In this document: positions 36,708 through 45,525 of the stretch, one piece after another
Layout of the letters: every line of letters begins with the position of its first letter
Numbering within the stretch: position 1 is the first letter of the stretch
From: an uncultured Thermoplasmatales archaeon
GTDB taxonomy: Archaea; Thermoplasmatota; E2; DHVEG-1; B18-G2
Reading direction: 5' to 3'
Assembly (NCBI GenBank): GCA_964432835.1
Contig: CAYSPA010000001.1
Location: 1 to 49,204 of the forward strand
DNA: 49,204 nt
The notes under the pieces: generated by a model
What the model was told of the DNA's origin: nothing
The model's database searches: none
Seen by the model: only the letters and a program-made list of their open reading frames with translations
Position numbers and translations under genes: made by a program

Positions 36708-38239
36708 TAAACGCTGCCGGTAGAGAAATACCATCAGAGCTTGCGGGAAGAAAACTCAAACCATACAGAGGTCCGTTTTCAACCCGTCCCTCCGGCAGGC
36801 GCAAGGCACCGAGGATAAAATTCCATGACCCGAGAAAAAGCAAGGTGCTTAAATCCATAAGAGAGGCGATCAAAAAGGTTGGTCTGAAAGATGGGGATAC
36901 CATCTCGTTCCATCATCACCTCAGGAACGGAGATCATGTTGTTAACATGGTACTTGATACTATAGCCAGGATGGGGATAAAAGATATTCGCTTGGCTGCC
37001 ACCGCTCTGTTTCCAATTCATGATAAGGTTATACAGCACATAAAGAACGGGGTTGTTACCAGAATAGAGGGTAGTATGAATGGACCGGTTGGGGCATTTG
37101 TATCGGAGGGAGGCAAACTGAAGGAGCCAGCCATCCTGAGGTCTCATGGCGGGAGAGCCAGAGCGGTTGCGAGCGGTGAACTGGATATAGATGTCGCTTT
37201 TATTGCTGCACCAATATGCGATGACTATGGTAATTGCAACGGAAGATATGGAAAATCAGCATTCGGTGCGATGGGATACGCTTACACAGATACTGTATAT
37301 GCAGAACATACCGTTGTTATAACGGATAATATCCAACCTTACCCCGTTACTCCTCCCATAGTCCAGCAGACCTTTGTGGATTATATCGTAAAGGTCGATT
37401 CGATAGGCGACCCTTCCGGCATCCAGACGGGAACTCTGAGGATAACCAGAAGTCCTGCCCGTCTCAAGATCGCAAGAGAAGCCATCAATGTCCTTGCGGC
37501 AGCTGGAATTCTGAAAAACGGCGTATCCATCCAAGCGGGTGCCGGCGGTATAAGTCTGGCTGCCACAAAGTTCGTACACGAGTACATGAAGAAACATGGT
37601 ATGGTCGGAAGCTTTGTTATGGGAGGGACAACCAAGTATGTCGTTGATATGCTGAGAGAAGGAACCATGATGAAGATACTCGATGGACAGACGTTTGATC
37701 TTGCTGCAATAGAATCCTTGAGAACCAACCCGATGCACGTTGAGATAAATAACACATTCTATGCCGATATCCATTCTGGCGGATGCGCCGTAGACAAGCT
37801 CGATGCGGCTTTTCTCGGTGGAACAGAGATAGATATCAACTTCAACGTGAATGTGAACACTCACTCGGACGGAAAACTTCTGCACGGTATAGGGGGTCAT
37901 CAAGACGTTGCGGCTGGGGCAGGGGTAACGATTTTGCTCATGCCCACAGTCAGGGGAAGGATACCCACGATAAGAAAAGAAGTTACAACCGTAACCACGC
38001 CGGGAGAAACAGTGGATGTTCTCGTTACTGAGAGGGGAGTCGCTGTAAATCCAAGGAGGGAAGATCTCATTGAAGACCTTAAGGGAAAGGTTCCGCTTGT
38101 TGATATCGAGGACCTTTACAAAAGAGTGAGAAGATTCTGCAAAGAACCAAGAGAACCAGAACTCGGAGATGAAATCGTTGCGATTATAGAATATAGAGAC
38201 GGAACGGTCATAGATGTCGTCAGGGCTGTGAAATCCTAA
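36704..38239 (+). CDS. citF: Citrate lyase alpha subunit / citrate CoA-transferase
   Basis: 511 aa. N-terminus NAAGREIPSELAGRKLKPYRG, with ISFHHHLRNGD and LGGTEIDINFNVNV typical of CitF. ATGA overlap with the previous gene. Confidence 0.8.
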   Translation: MINAAGREIPSELAGRKLKPYRGPFSTRPSGRRKAPRIKFHDPRKSKVLKSIREAIKKVGLKDGDTISFHHHLRNGDHVVNMVLDTIARMGIKDIRLAATALFPIHDKVIQHIKNGVVTRIEGSMNGPVGAFVSEGGKLKEPAILRSHGGRARAVASGELDIDVAFIAAPICDDYGNCNGRYGKSAFGAMGYAYTDTVYAEHTVVITDNIQPYPVTPPIVQQTFVDYIVKVDSIGDPSGIQTGTLRITRSPARLKIAREAINVLAAAGILKNGVSIQAGAGGISLAATKFVHEYMKKHGMVGSFVMGGTTKYVVDMLREGTMMKILDGQTFDLAAIESLRTNPMHVEINNTFYADIHSGGCAVDKLDAAFLGGTEIDINFNVNVNTHSDGKLLHGIGGHQDVAAGAGVTILLMPTVRGRIPTIRKEVTTVTTPGETVDVLVTERGVAVNPRREDLIEDLKGKVPLVDIEDLYKRVRRFCKEPREPELGDEIVAIIEYRDGTVIDVVRAVKS

Positions 38240-38421
38240 TCCCTGGATGCCCCTTCGCTCTTTTGTTTTTCCAGGTATCTCTTCCTTATTTCCCTGGCGA
38301 GCTCACCATCCTCTATGACTAAAGCTCCTTCATATCCGCAATCTCTGCATCTCCATTTGCTCCAGGTCTGGGGCAAAACCCACTCTATGTTCGATGAACC
38401 GCAGTTTGGACAGTACTTCAT
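38236..38421 (-). CDS. Small zinc-ribbon protein
   Basis: 61 aa with CPNCGS...CRDCG. Convergent with citF, overlapping it by 4 nt. Confidence 0.6.
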   Translation of the reverse strand: MKYCPNCGSSNIEWVLPQTWSKWRCRDCGYEGALVIEDGELAREIRKRYLEKQKSEGASRD

Positions 38422-38491
38422 TATGTAACACTATGGGTATCATACAATTTAAAAATTCCGCAGGAGAGCAGATAACATCCCATGGGGTAAC

Positions 38492-38499
38492 TTTTTATA
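38492..38499 (+). promoter_or_regulatory. TATA-like element (TTTTTATA) for the RHH/sulfation operon
   Basis: About 50 nt upstream of the RHH start and immediately 5' of the 16-bp palindrome. Confidence 0.45.
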
Positions 38500-38508
38500 C
38501 CAGAACTG

Positions 38509-38524
38509 TAATTACATGTAATTA
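38509..38524. promoter_or_regulatory. Perfect 16-bp palindrome TAATTACATGTAATTA, candidate operator
   Basis: Read directly. It sits between the TATA-like element and the SD (GGGGGTGA) / TTG start of the RHH gene, over the expected TSS. Confidence 0.6.
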
Positions 38525-38550
38525 AAAATAATTAAACCGGGGGTGAATGG

Positions 38551-38784
38551 TTGTCCGAAAAGAATGAGAAAAAGTTCACCACGATATCCATACCAACTGC
38601 TCTGGCGGAGAAGATAAAGAAGAAGATAGAGGGTACGGGCTTTCACTCCCTCTCATCGTATGTGACGTATGTTCTGAGGGAGTTGCTCGCCAGCATGGAA
38701 GAGGAGGGAGCGGGTGAAGCACTGACGAAGGAAGAAGAGGAGAAGATAAAGGAGAGATTGAGAGCCCTTGGTTATCTGGACTGA
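38551..38784 (+). CDS. Ribbon-helix-helix (CopG-like) DNA-binding protein
   Basis: 77 aa with a TTG start. KKFTTISIPTALAEKIKKKIE... fits the beta-strand/helix/helix pattern of RHH proteins. Acidic C-terminal tail. Confidence 0.65.
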   Translation: MSEKNEKKFTTISIPTALAEKIKKKIEGTGFHSLSSYVTYVLRELLASMEEEGAGEALTKEEEEKIKERLRALGYLD

Positions 38785-38801
38785 TTGAGAGGGTGATTTG
38801 C

Positions 38802-39929
38802 GTGACAAAACCTCATGGAGGCAAACTGATCAACAGATGTGTGTTCAGGGATGTTGATCTGGATGATGCCAACGTTGTAAGAGTTAATGCGGATAGAGCA
38901 GAGGATATCGAGAATATAGCGCACGGCGTATTTTCTCCTCTCGAGGGATTCCTGTGTCGTAATGATCTGGAAAGCGTGCTGGACGATAAAAGATTGGACA
39001 ACGATATTCCATGGACGATACCCATACTCCTTGACCTCGATGAGAAAGAACTCGCCGGCGCAAAGGAAGGGGATACCATCTTTCTGGCACACGAAAATGG
39101 AATGGTATCGGAGATGGAAATCGAAGAGATATACACTATCGATAAAAAGAGGGTCGCGGAGAAGGTCTATGGAACCACAGATCCGTCTCATCCAGGAGTA
39201 AGCATGACCTTCAACATGAAAGACCTTATAATCGGAGGCAGAATAACTCTGCTGAAAGAAGGGAAAAAACCTTTTGATGAATTTCTCCTGTGGCCGAAGG
39301 AAACGAGGGTTCTCTTCAGGGAGAAGGGATGGAAGGAGGTTGTTGCTTTCCAGACGAGAAATCCTCCTCACATCGGACATGAATACGTTCAGAAAACGGC
39401 GCTGACCTTTGTAGATGGACTATTCATCAACCCTCTGATAGGCAGGAAGAAAAAGGGGGATTTCAGAGACGACGTTATACTTAAGGCATACGAGACACTC
39501 ATCCAGAACTATTACCCAAAGGACAGGGCTGTGCTGTCGATACTCTGCACCTCAATGAAATACGCGGGTCCGAGAGAGGCGATACACCATGCCATAATGA
39601 GGAAAAACTTCGGATGCACGCATTTCATAGTTGGTAGAGACCATGCCGGCGTTGGTAACTTTTATCCGCCTTACGCCGCTCACGAGATATTCAGAGAATT
39701 TCCGGACCTCGGAATTAAACCCGTGTTCTTCAGATCTTTCTTCTACTGCAAGAAATGTGGAGGCGTCGTGAACGAAAAGATATGTCCTCACCGCGGTGAT
39801 GATATCATCAACTTCAGCGGAACAGCCATAAGAAAGATGCTGAAAAATGGAGAGGTTCCACCATCTACGATGATGAGAAAGGAGGTCGCAGAAACAATCC
39901 TCGGATTTGACAGAATGTTCGTGGAGTGA
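38802..39929 (+). CDS. sat: Sulfate adenylyltransferase (ATP sulfurylase)
   Basis: QTRNPPHIGHEY and HFIVGRDHAGVG motifs. N-terminus VTKPHGGKLINR. GTG 38802 preferred over GTG 38793 because of GAGGGTGA spacing. C-terminal zinc-like CKKCG...CPH. Confidence 0.9.
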   Translation: MTKPHGGKLINRCVFRDVDLDDANVVRVNADRAEDIENIAHGVFSPLEGFLCRNDLESVLDDKRLDNDIPWTIPILLDLDEKELAGAKEGDTIFLAHENGMVSEMEIEEIYTIDKKRVAEKVYGTTDPSHPGVSMTFNMKDLIIGGRITLLKEGKKPFDEFLLWPKETRVLFREKGWKEVVAFQTRNPPHIGHEYVQKTALTFVDGLFINPLIGRKKKGDFRDDVILKAYETLIQNYYPKDRAVLSILCTSMKYAGPREAIHHAIMRKNFGCTHFIVGRDHAGVGNFYPPYAAHEIFREFPDLGIKPVFFRSFFYCKKCGGVVNEKICPHRGDDIINFSGTAIRKMLKNGEVPPSTMMRKEVAETILGFDRMFVE

Positions 39930-39935
39930 ATCGAT

Positions 39936-40895
39936 ATGGGAGACATTCTCATACACCACTGGGACACAGATGGGATATGCTCCGCTCATCTGCTCATGAA
40001 ACATCTTGGAGAGAAAATCAGAAACATAACTCCCCAAATAGGAAACTACTGCCTCACCGATGAAGAGATGGATATGCTCGGGGGATTTGACGGGATTTTC
40101 ATTGTCGATATGGCTCTGCCAGAGGACAACATAAAGAGGTTATCCCGATCTTCTGAAGTTACCGTCTATGACCATCACGTACAGAGCTACATGGATTTCA
40201 TACATCACATAAATCCCGTTGCGAAGGGTTCCAGACAGGAGGATTATCCATCATGCACATGGGTACTCAAAGAGCACTTTAAAATCGATACAGATCTGCA
40301 GGTCATTCTCGGAATAATCGGGGATAACGAACACAAGATAAAAGAGAATGGGAGATTCTATGAAATAGTAAGGAAGTTCTGCGAGAGATCTTCCACAACT
40401 CTGGAAGACCTCGTGAGAGCCGTTCATCTCATAGATTCCAACTACAAACTCGGCAAAAAGGATGCCGTTGAGAAAATTCCCCATTATATAGGAGAGATGA
40501 GCATAGATGACATACTGAATTGCGAGGACTGGAACAGAAATCTGGAGACGATAGAGAAAGAGATAGAAGGAGCGATGAATAAAAGACGATCCGTTGGGAA
40601 AAACCTAGAGATGATAGATATAGAATCGCCTTACAATGTGATATCTGAGATAACAAGGCGCCTGGCGTGGAGCACGGGAAAGAATGCGGTGGTGATAAAC
40701 AGGGGTTTCTTTCCAGATAAATCCCAGATTTATGTGAGAACGTCAACCATGGATCTATCAAATCTCATAGGCAAACTGAAATCCATGGGTTATAACGTTG
40801 GTGGTAAACCAAAGGTTCTGGGTGCAATCGTACCCAAAAAATCTACTGATATGGTGGTGAATGAAGTCCTTAAATTCTTGGAGGGTGAGAATTGA
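39936..40895 (+). CDS. DHH/DHHA1-family phosphoesterase (candidate pAp phosphatase / nanoRNase)
   Basis: 319 aa with motif I HHWDTDG, motif II IVDMA, motif III VYDHHV and a degenerate DHHA1 glycine motif NVGGKPKVLGA. Confidence 0.7.
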   Translation: MGDILIHHWDTDGICSAHLLMKHLGEKIRNITPQIGNYCLTDEEMDMLGGFDGIFIVDMALPEDNIKRLSRSSEVTVYDHHVQSYMDFIHHINPVAKGSRQEDYPSCTWVLKEHFKIDTDLQVILGIIGDNEHKIKENGRFYEIVRKFCERSSTTLEDLVRAVHLIDSNYKLGKKDAVEKIPHYIGEMSIDDILNCEDWNRNLETIEKEIEGAMNKRRSVGKNLEMIDIESPYNVISEITRRLAWSTGKNAVVINRGFFPDKSQIYVRTSTMDLSNLIGKLKSMGYNVGGKPKVLGAIVPKKSTDMVVNEVLKFLEGEN

Positions 40896-41455
40896 TGGTG
40901 AATTATATTGTGTCTGGTCTTGAGAGAAGTGGAACATCGATGATGATGCAGATTTTATACAGAGGCGGGGCGCCGGTGGCATTTGATGACAAGAGAAAAC
41001 CGGATTATCACAATCCCAAAGGATACTTTGAGCTGGAAGGTGGCAAAATCATCAACAAACTCATGGAGGGCTCCTTTCCGATAGAGAAGTACGATGGGAA
41101 GTTTATAAAGGTGACAGCTTACGGTTTGAGATTCCTCCCGCGGAGGGATTACAAGATTATATACATGACGAGAAACATCGATGAAATAATAGATTCCATG
41201 GAGAAGATGTGTGGTCCAATAAATAGGGAAGAGGAAAAGCCGCTGCTGGAAAAACTCAACAGATTGACAATCAAACTCATGGATGAAAGAGAAGATATGA
41301 CGTATATAATTGTCAGGTACAACGATGTTATAAGGAATCCAAGAAAAGAGATCGAGAGGGTAAACGAGTTCCTTGGAGGCATGCTCGATGTGGATGAAGC
41401 TGTAAAGGCCGTGGATAAGAAGCTTTATAGAAATGTGAGGGAGGTGAGACCATAA
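40895..41455 (+). CDS. Small PAPS-dependent sulfotransferase-family protein
   Basis: About 186 aa. 5'-PSB-like loop IVSGLERSGTSMMMQ, 3'-PB-like KIIYMTRNIDEIIDSM. GGAGGGTGAG SD. The ATG overlaps the previous stop by 1 nt. Confidence 0.7.
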   Translation: MVNYIVSGLERSGTSMMMQILYRGGAPVAFDDKRKPDYHNPKGYFELEGGKIINKLMEGSFPIEKYDGKFIKVTAYGLRFLPRRDYKIIYMTRNIDEIIDSMEKMCGPINREEEKPLLEKLNRLTIKLMDEREDMTYIIVRYNDVIRNPRKEIERVNEFLGGMLDVDEAVKAVDKKLYRNVREVRP

Positions 41456-41460
41456 GTGGA

Positions 41461-41970
41461 GTGACGGTATGGTTTACCGGTTTGCCGTGCTCCGGTAAAA
41501 CAACGATAGCGAGAGAAGTTATGAAAAGACTGGAAGGCAAATATGATGTCGAGTTGCTGGATGGTGATACCGTAAGAGATTACATAAGAAACAGGGATTT
41601 TTCGAGGGAAGGTAGAAACAAACACCTGAGATACATAGCGCTGATGGCGAGATTACTCTCAAAGAGAGGGGTGATCGTCCTCTGCTCCTTCGTGAGTCCA
41701 TACAGGGAGAATAGGGATTTTGCCAGAAAGATAAACGATAACTTCGTGGAGGTCTACGTGAAGGCACCTTTGGAGGTTTGCATAGAGAGGGATGTGAAGG
41801 GCATGTACAAAAAGGCACTGAACGGAGAGATAAAGGGCTTTACCGGTATAGATGACCCCTACGAAGAGCCAGATGATCCCGAACTGGTCATCGAGACGGA
41901 TAAAGAGACACTTGAGGAATCCACAAATAAGGTTCTAAACAAACTTCGAGAACTTGGCTATATAGATTAA
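41461..41970 (+). CDS. cysC: Adenylyl-sulfate (APS) kinase
   Basis: 169 aa, GTG start. VWFTGLPCSGKTTIA P-loop, LDGDTVR, SFVSPYRENR, FTGIDDPYEEP. Confidence 0.9.
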   Translation: MTVWFTGLPCSGKTTIAREVMKRLEGKYDVELLDGDTVRDYIRNRDFSREGRNKHLRYIALMARLLSKRGVIVLCSFVSPYRENRDFARKINDNFVEVYVKAPLEVCIERDVKGMYKKALNGEIKGFTGIDDPYEEPDDPELVIETDKETLEESTNKVLNKLRELGYID

Positions 41971-41971
41971 A

Positions 41972-42757
41972 ATGTTCACCATAGACATCGGTGGCTTGGA
42001 GATAGGAATTTCCATCACCATAGTGTTACTCGCATTCATATGCGAACTCATAAACTCATTACTTGGCGGAGGGCACGGAACCCTGATGACTCCTCTCCTG
42101 ATACTATTGGGCTATACTCCACTTTCCATAGTACCTGCGGTCCTGCTTGCTGAAATAGTGAGTGGCTTCCTCGTGAGCGTGGCCCATCACAAGTACGGTA
42201 ACGTAAACTTCAGGATGGACTCAAACCATCTCAACGTCGCTCTCGTTCTCGGTGTATGCAGTGTGATCGGCGTGGTTATTGCGGTTGTAACCGCCATAAA
42301 CATCTCCACCTATATCTTGGAGATGTATATTGGCATTCTCCTTACCGCGGTGGGCATTATTATGATAACGAGCATGAAGATCAAGTCCACCTTCTCATGG
42401 AGAAAGGTGCTCGCCCTCGGAATCTTTGCATCTTTTAACAAGGGCATAAGTGGAGGAGGGTATGGACCTATAATCACCGTTGGTCAGCTCCTTACAGGAT
42501 TCAACAGTAAAGAATCCGTGAGCATCAGTTCACTGGCCAAGAGTATAACGTGTGTTGTGGGATTCATCGCCTATATCCTGCTGTACAGAAATATAGACAC
42601 CGTTCTTCTTCCCTCTCTTGTAATGGGTTCGATATTCTCCGTTCCAATATCTGTATTTGTTGTCAAAAGATTGCATGAAAAGAAACTCAGGATACTCATA
42701 GGTGCTGTCACAATAATCTTGGGTTCATCTACTCTCATCAGGTTGTTGCTGTTCTGA
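41972..42757 (+). CDS. TauE/SafE (TSUP) family anion permease
   Basis: 261 aa, about 8 TM helices, two-repeat layout with G-rich helix starts (LLGGGHGTLMTP, GISGGGYGPI). Confidence 0.75.
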   Translation: MFTIDIGGLEIGISITIVLLAFICELINSLLGGGHGTLMTPLLILLGYTPLSIVPAVLLAEIVSGFLVSVAHHKYGNVNFRMDSNHLNVALVLGVCSVIGVVIAVVTAINISTYILEMYIGILLTAVGIIMITSMKIKSTFSWRKVLALGIFASFNKGISGGGYGPIITVGQLLTGFNSKESVSISSLAKSITCVVGFIAYILLYRNIDTVLLPSLVMGSIFSVPISVFVVKRLHEKKLRILIGAVTIILGSSTLIRLLLF

Positions 42758-42820
42758 TCGATATGAAGTTGATACTCACAAAAACCCTCTTAAAACAATT
42801 TTACCATTTATGGTGATGCC

Positions 42821-43834
42821 ATGAGAGCGATGGTTTTAGAGAAGATCACCCGGGTTGAGAATGAACCGCTCAAACTCAGGGAAGTGAAGATACCGGAGAT
42901 ATCGGAAAATGAGATCCTCGTTAAGATATCTGTATGCGGTGTATGCCATACAGAGCTTGATGAGATAGAGGGGAGGGTGAAGCCAAAACTCCCGGTAATT
43001 CCGGGACACGAGATAGTGGGATACGTCGAGAAGACGGGAAGCGGAGTGAAAAGATTCGATACGGGCGACAGGGTGGGAATAGGATGGATATACTCCGCAT
43101 GTGGAGAATGTAAGTTCTGCAAAAGCGGTAGAGAAAACCTGTGCTACAATTTCAGAGCCACGGGATGTGATGAAAATGGCGGTTATGCGGAATACATCAA
43201 GATAAATGAGAACTTCGCCTATCCAATTCCCGACACCTTTTCTGATTCAGAGGCTGCTCCTCTGATGTGCGCCGGCGCCATAGGCTACAGGGCGCTGAGA
43301 CTTACACAGATGAGGGATGGAGATACCATAGCACTCTATGGTTTTGGTGCATCGGCACATATAGTGATACAGATCGTTAAGCATCTTTATCCAGACTCTC
43401 AGGTATTTGTGTTCACAAAACGAAGGGATGATGAGCCGAGCAAACTCGCAAGAAAGATGGGAGCTGACTGGGTTGGGATTACTGGAGATACACCTCCAGA
43501 GAAATTTGATAGAGCCATAGATACAACCCCCGTGGGTATTCCGGTTGCAGAAGCTCTGAGGAACATGGAGAGGGGAGGGAGGCTTGTGATAAACGCCATC
43601 AGGAAAGAGACAAAGATTCCAGAGATGGACTATGCCAACCATCTGTGGGAGGAGAAGGAGGTAAAGAGCGTTGCGAATATAACAAGGAAGGACATAGAGG
43701 AATTTCTCAAGATAGCTGCTGAGATACCGATAAAGCCAGAGGTGAAAGAATTCAAACTCGAAGAGGCAAACAGGGCACTTGTTATGTTGAAACATGGAAA
43801 ATACAGAGGGGCTGGCGTTTTGAAAGTAATTTAA
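42821..43834 (+). CDS. Zinc-dependent alcohol dehydrogenase (MDR family)
   Basis: 337 aa with CGVCHTELDE, GHEIVGYV, the structural-zinc Cys cluster CGECKFCKSGRENLC and GFGASAH. Confidence 0.9.
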   Translation: MRAMVLEKITRVENEPLKLREVKIPEISENEILVKISVCGVCHTELDEIEGRVKPKLPVIPGHEIVGYVEKTGSGVKRFDTGDRVGIGWIYSACGECKFCKSGRENLCYNFRATGCDENGGYAEYIKINENFAYPIPDTFSDSEAAPLMCAGAIGYRALRLTQMRDGDTIALYGFGASAHIVIQIVKHLYPDSQVFVFTKRRDDEPSKLARKMGADWVGITGDTPPEKFDRAIDTTPVGIPVAEALRNMERGGRLVINAIRKETKIPEMDYANHLWEEKEVKSVANITRKDIEEFLKIAAEIPIKPEVKEFKLEEANRALVMLKHGKYRGAGVLKVI

Positions 43835-45525
43835 CCGAATGAAACCCCCATTTCCAGAAATTTCCTGGTCACATCCGCATCATCCAGGATGCGGAACAGC
43901 TCATCTTCATTTCTGATGGGTCTATTCATGATTATTCTTAGTGCCCTTTTTTCTCCTATACCGGGAATAGCCTTCAGTGTTTCAACGGGGACGCTGTTTA
44001 TTTTTATGGGATATGGCAGAGCGGTAACCGAGCGGTAACCGTGGTCTGTGATTTTGACATCCATGAATTTTCCGAGTTCGATCTTTCCGGGAATACCGAC
44101 TAGGATGGGATAACTTCCGAGTTGTCTTGCAAAGGTAATTTTTCCGATATGGATTTCCGTGTAAACATCCCTCATAATGGTTCCCTCTGGAACCACCCTT
44201 CTCAGCATCTCTCTGTCTATCTTTTCCCTCACCATTCTCTTGAATCGTTTGAACAACTCCATGTGCCTCTTCATTATCCTGTTTCCCACTTCATACATCC
44301 TCGTTCCGGGCAGAGGAATAACCTGTCTGAGATTTATCCTGCGAATCAGCAAACCTCTATCCAGTATCTCTTTCAGAAGATCAAGATCGCGAACGAACGT
44401 TTCTTTACTTTCTCCCTTCAATCCAAAAACGAAGTTCAATCCCGGCAGAAACTCGGGCAGACCATTGTATCCCCTTTTTGAGCCAACCTCATTTATTATG
44501 CTGACCGCTTTGATAACATCTTCGGGATATGCCTTCAGATTGTTTTCCCTTATTACTTTTGGGTCTGCACTCTCCACACCAAAGGCTGCAACATCCCCCG
44601 GAGTGTGATACTTGATGATGATCTTTGCTATCCTTTTGCACTCATCCGGATATCTGGCTATCACTCCAGGATTTGCGTTATCCACATGTAGCGTTTTTAT
44701 ATCGGGGGCAACATTCCTTATGCCTCGAAAAAGCCTCTCGATCTCATCGGGGGATGGTTTTGGAAATTCTTCCCTGCCGGTATCGATGGCTCTGTACGAG
44801 AATATGCAGGGTTGATTACCTATCCTGAAATGTCTGATTCCATGCCGGTAGAGAGAGGAGATCTCCGCCACTATGTCTTTTACTTCTCTGAAGACGGGCA
44901 AACCTTTCAAAGGCTCTATGCAAAAAGAACAGCCTCCCGTTATAGATCTCGGACAACCCCTGTAGGTTTCTATCTCCGCTATGATATAATCCGGGTAGTT
45001 TGGATGCTGTTTGACAATACCCGCCCCTCTTATGGCAAACTCTCTTATCTCTGTGTAATCTTCTCTCGTTGCATCAGGGTCAGCATCTCCACCCTTCAGA
45101 AATTCTTTCAGAAAAATCTCTCCATCTCCTTTCACAACAAAATCAAATACATCCCTGACCTCCCTCGGCTTTACTCCTCCAGCCACACCGAAACCGAATC
45201 TGCCCGCAGGTCCGCACAGTATCTTTACCGGTCTGTTTACCTTTTCCAGATATTTTCTTATCTCCTTGGGGTGGGCGGGATACGTGGAGAGATACCTTCC
45301 CGGTACAGCCATTCCCGCTATTACAGCAATGATATCAAAGACATCGAGTTCCCGAATCGTTACATTACCTCTTCTCAAATCATCGATGGTGATGTATCTC
45401 ACATCTGCGTCTCTATCAATGCTCCAGGCGGCGCCTGCAAGGTATCGCGGATATGGGCTTATGTAGGGAGGTACACCGAGGCATGTGGGCTCATCCACGT
45501 ATCCATCGAGAATCGCTATCCTCAT
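43831..45525 (-). CDS. Radical SAM protein with N-terminal B12-binding-like domain and C-terminal helix-hairpin-helix (MJ_1487-like family)
   Basis: ORF 43831..45558; ATG 45525 preferred (MRIAILDGYVDEPTCLGVPPYISPYPRY), which overlaps the upstream small-ORF stop as ATGA. Cys cluster YRGCPRSITGGCSFC. C-terminal LKAIPGIGEKRALRI HhH. Family name is from memory. Confidence 0.8.
   Translation of the reverse strand: MRIAILDGYVDEPTCLGVPPYISPYPRYLAGAAWSIDRDADVRYITIDDLRRGNVTIRELDVFDIIAVIAGMAVPGRYLSTYPAHPKEIRKYLEKVNRPVKILCGPAGRFGFGVAGGVKPREVRDVFDFVVKGDGEIFLKEFLKGGDADPDATREDYTEIREFAIRGAGIVKQHPNYPDYIIAEIETYRGCPRSITGGCSFCIEPLKGLPVFREVKDIVAEISSLYRHGIRHFRIGNQPCIFSYRAIDTGREEFPKPSPDEIERLFRGIRNVAPDIKTLHVDNANPGVIARYPDECKRIAKIIIKYHTPGDVAAFGVESADPKVIRENNLKAYPEDVIKAVSIINEVGSKRGYNGLPEFLPGLNFVFGLKGESKETFVRDLDLLKEILDRGLLIRRINLRQVIPLPGTRMYEVGNRIMKRHMELFKRFKRMVREKIDREMLRRVVPEGTIMRDVYTEIHIGKITFARQLGSYPILVGIPGKIELGKFMDVKITDHGYRSVTALPYPIKINSVPVETLKAIPGIGEKRALRIIMNRPIRNEDELFRILDDADVTRKFLEMGVSFG

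Noticed and set aside
37256-37903. 215-aa minus-strand ORF (and 37381..37755).
   Set aside because: They are antisense to citF and show no motifs.
44020-44041. Tandem 11-nt duplication AGCGGTAACCG x2.
   Set aside because: It lies inside the intact radical SAM reading frame (encoding ...YRSVTALPY...). It is a single duplication, not an array.
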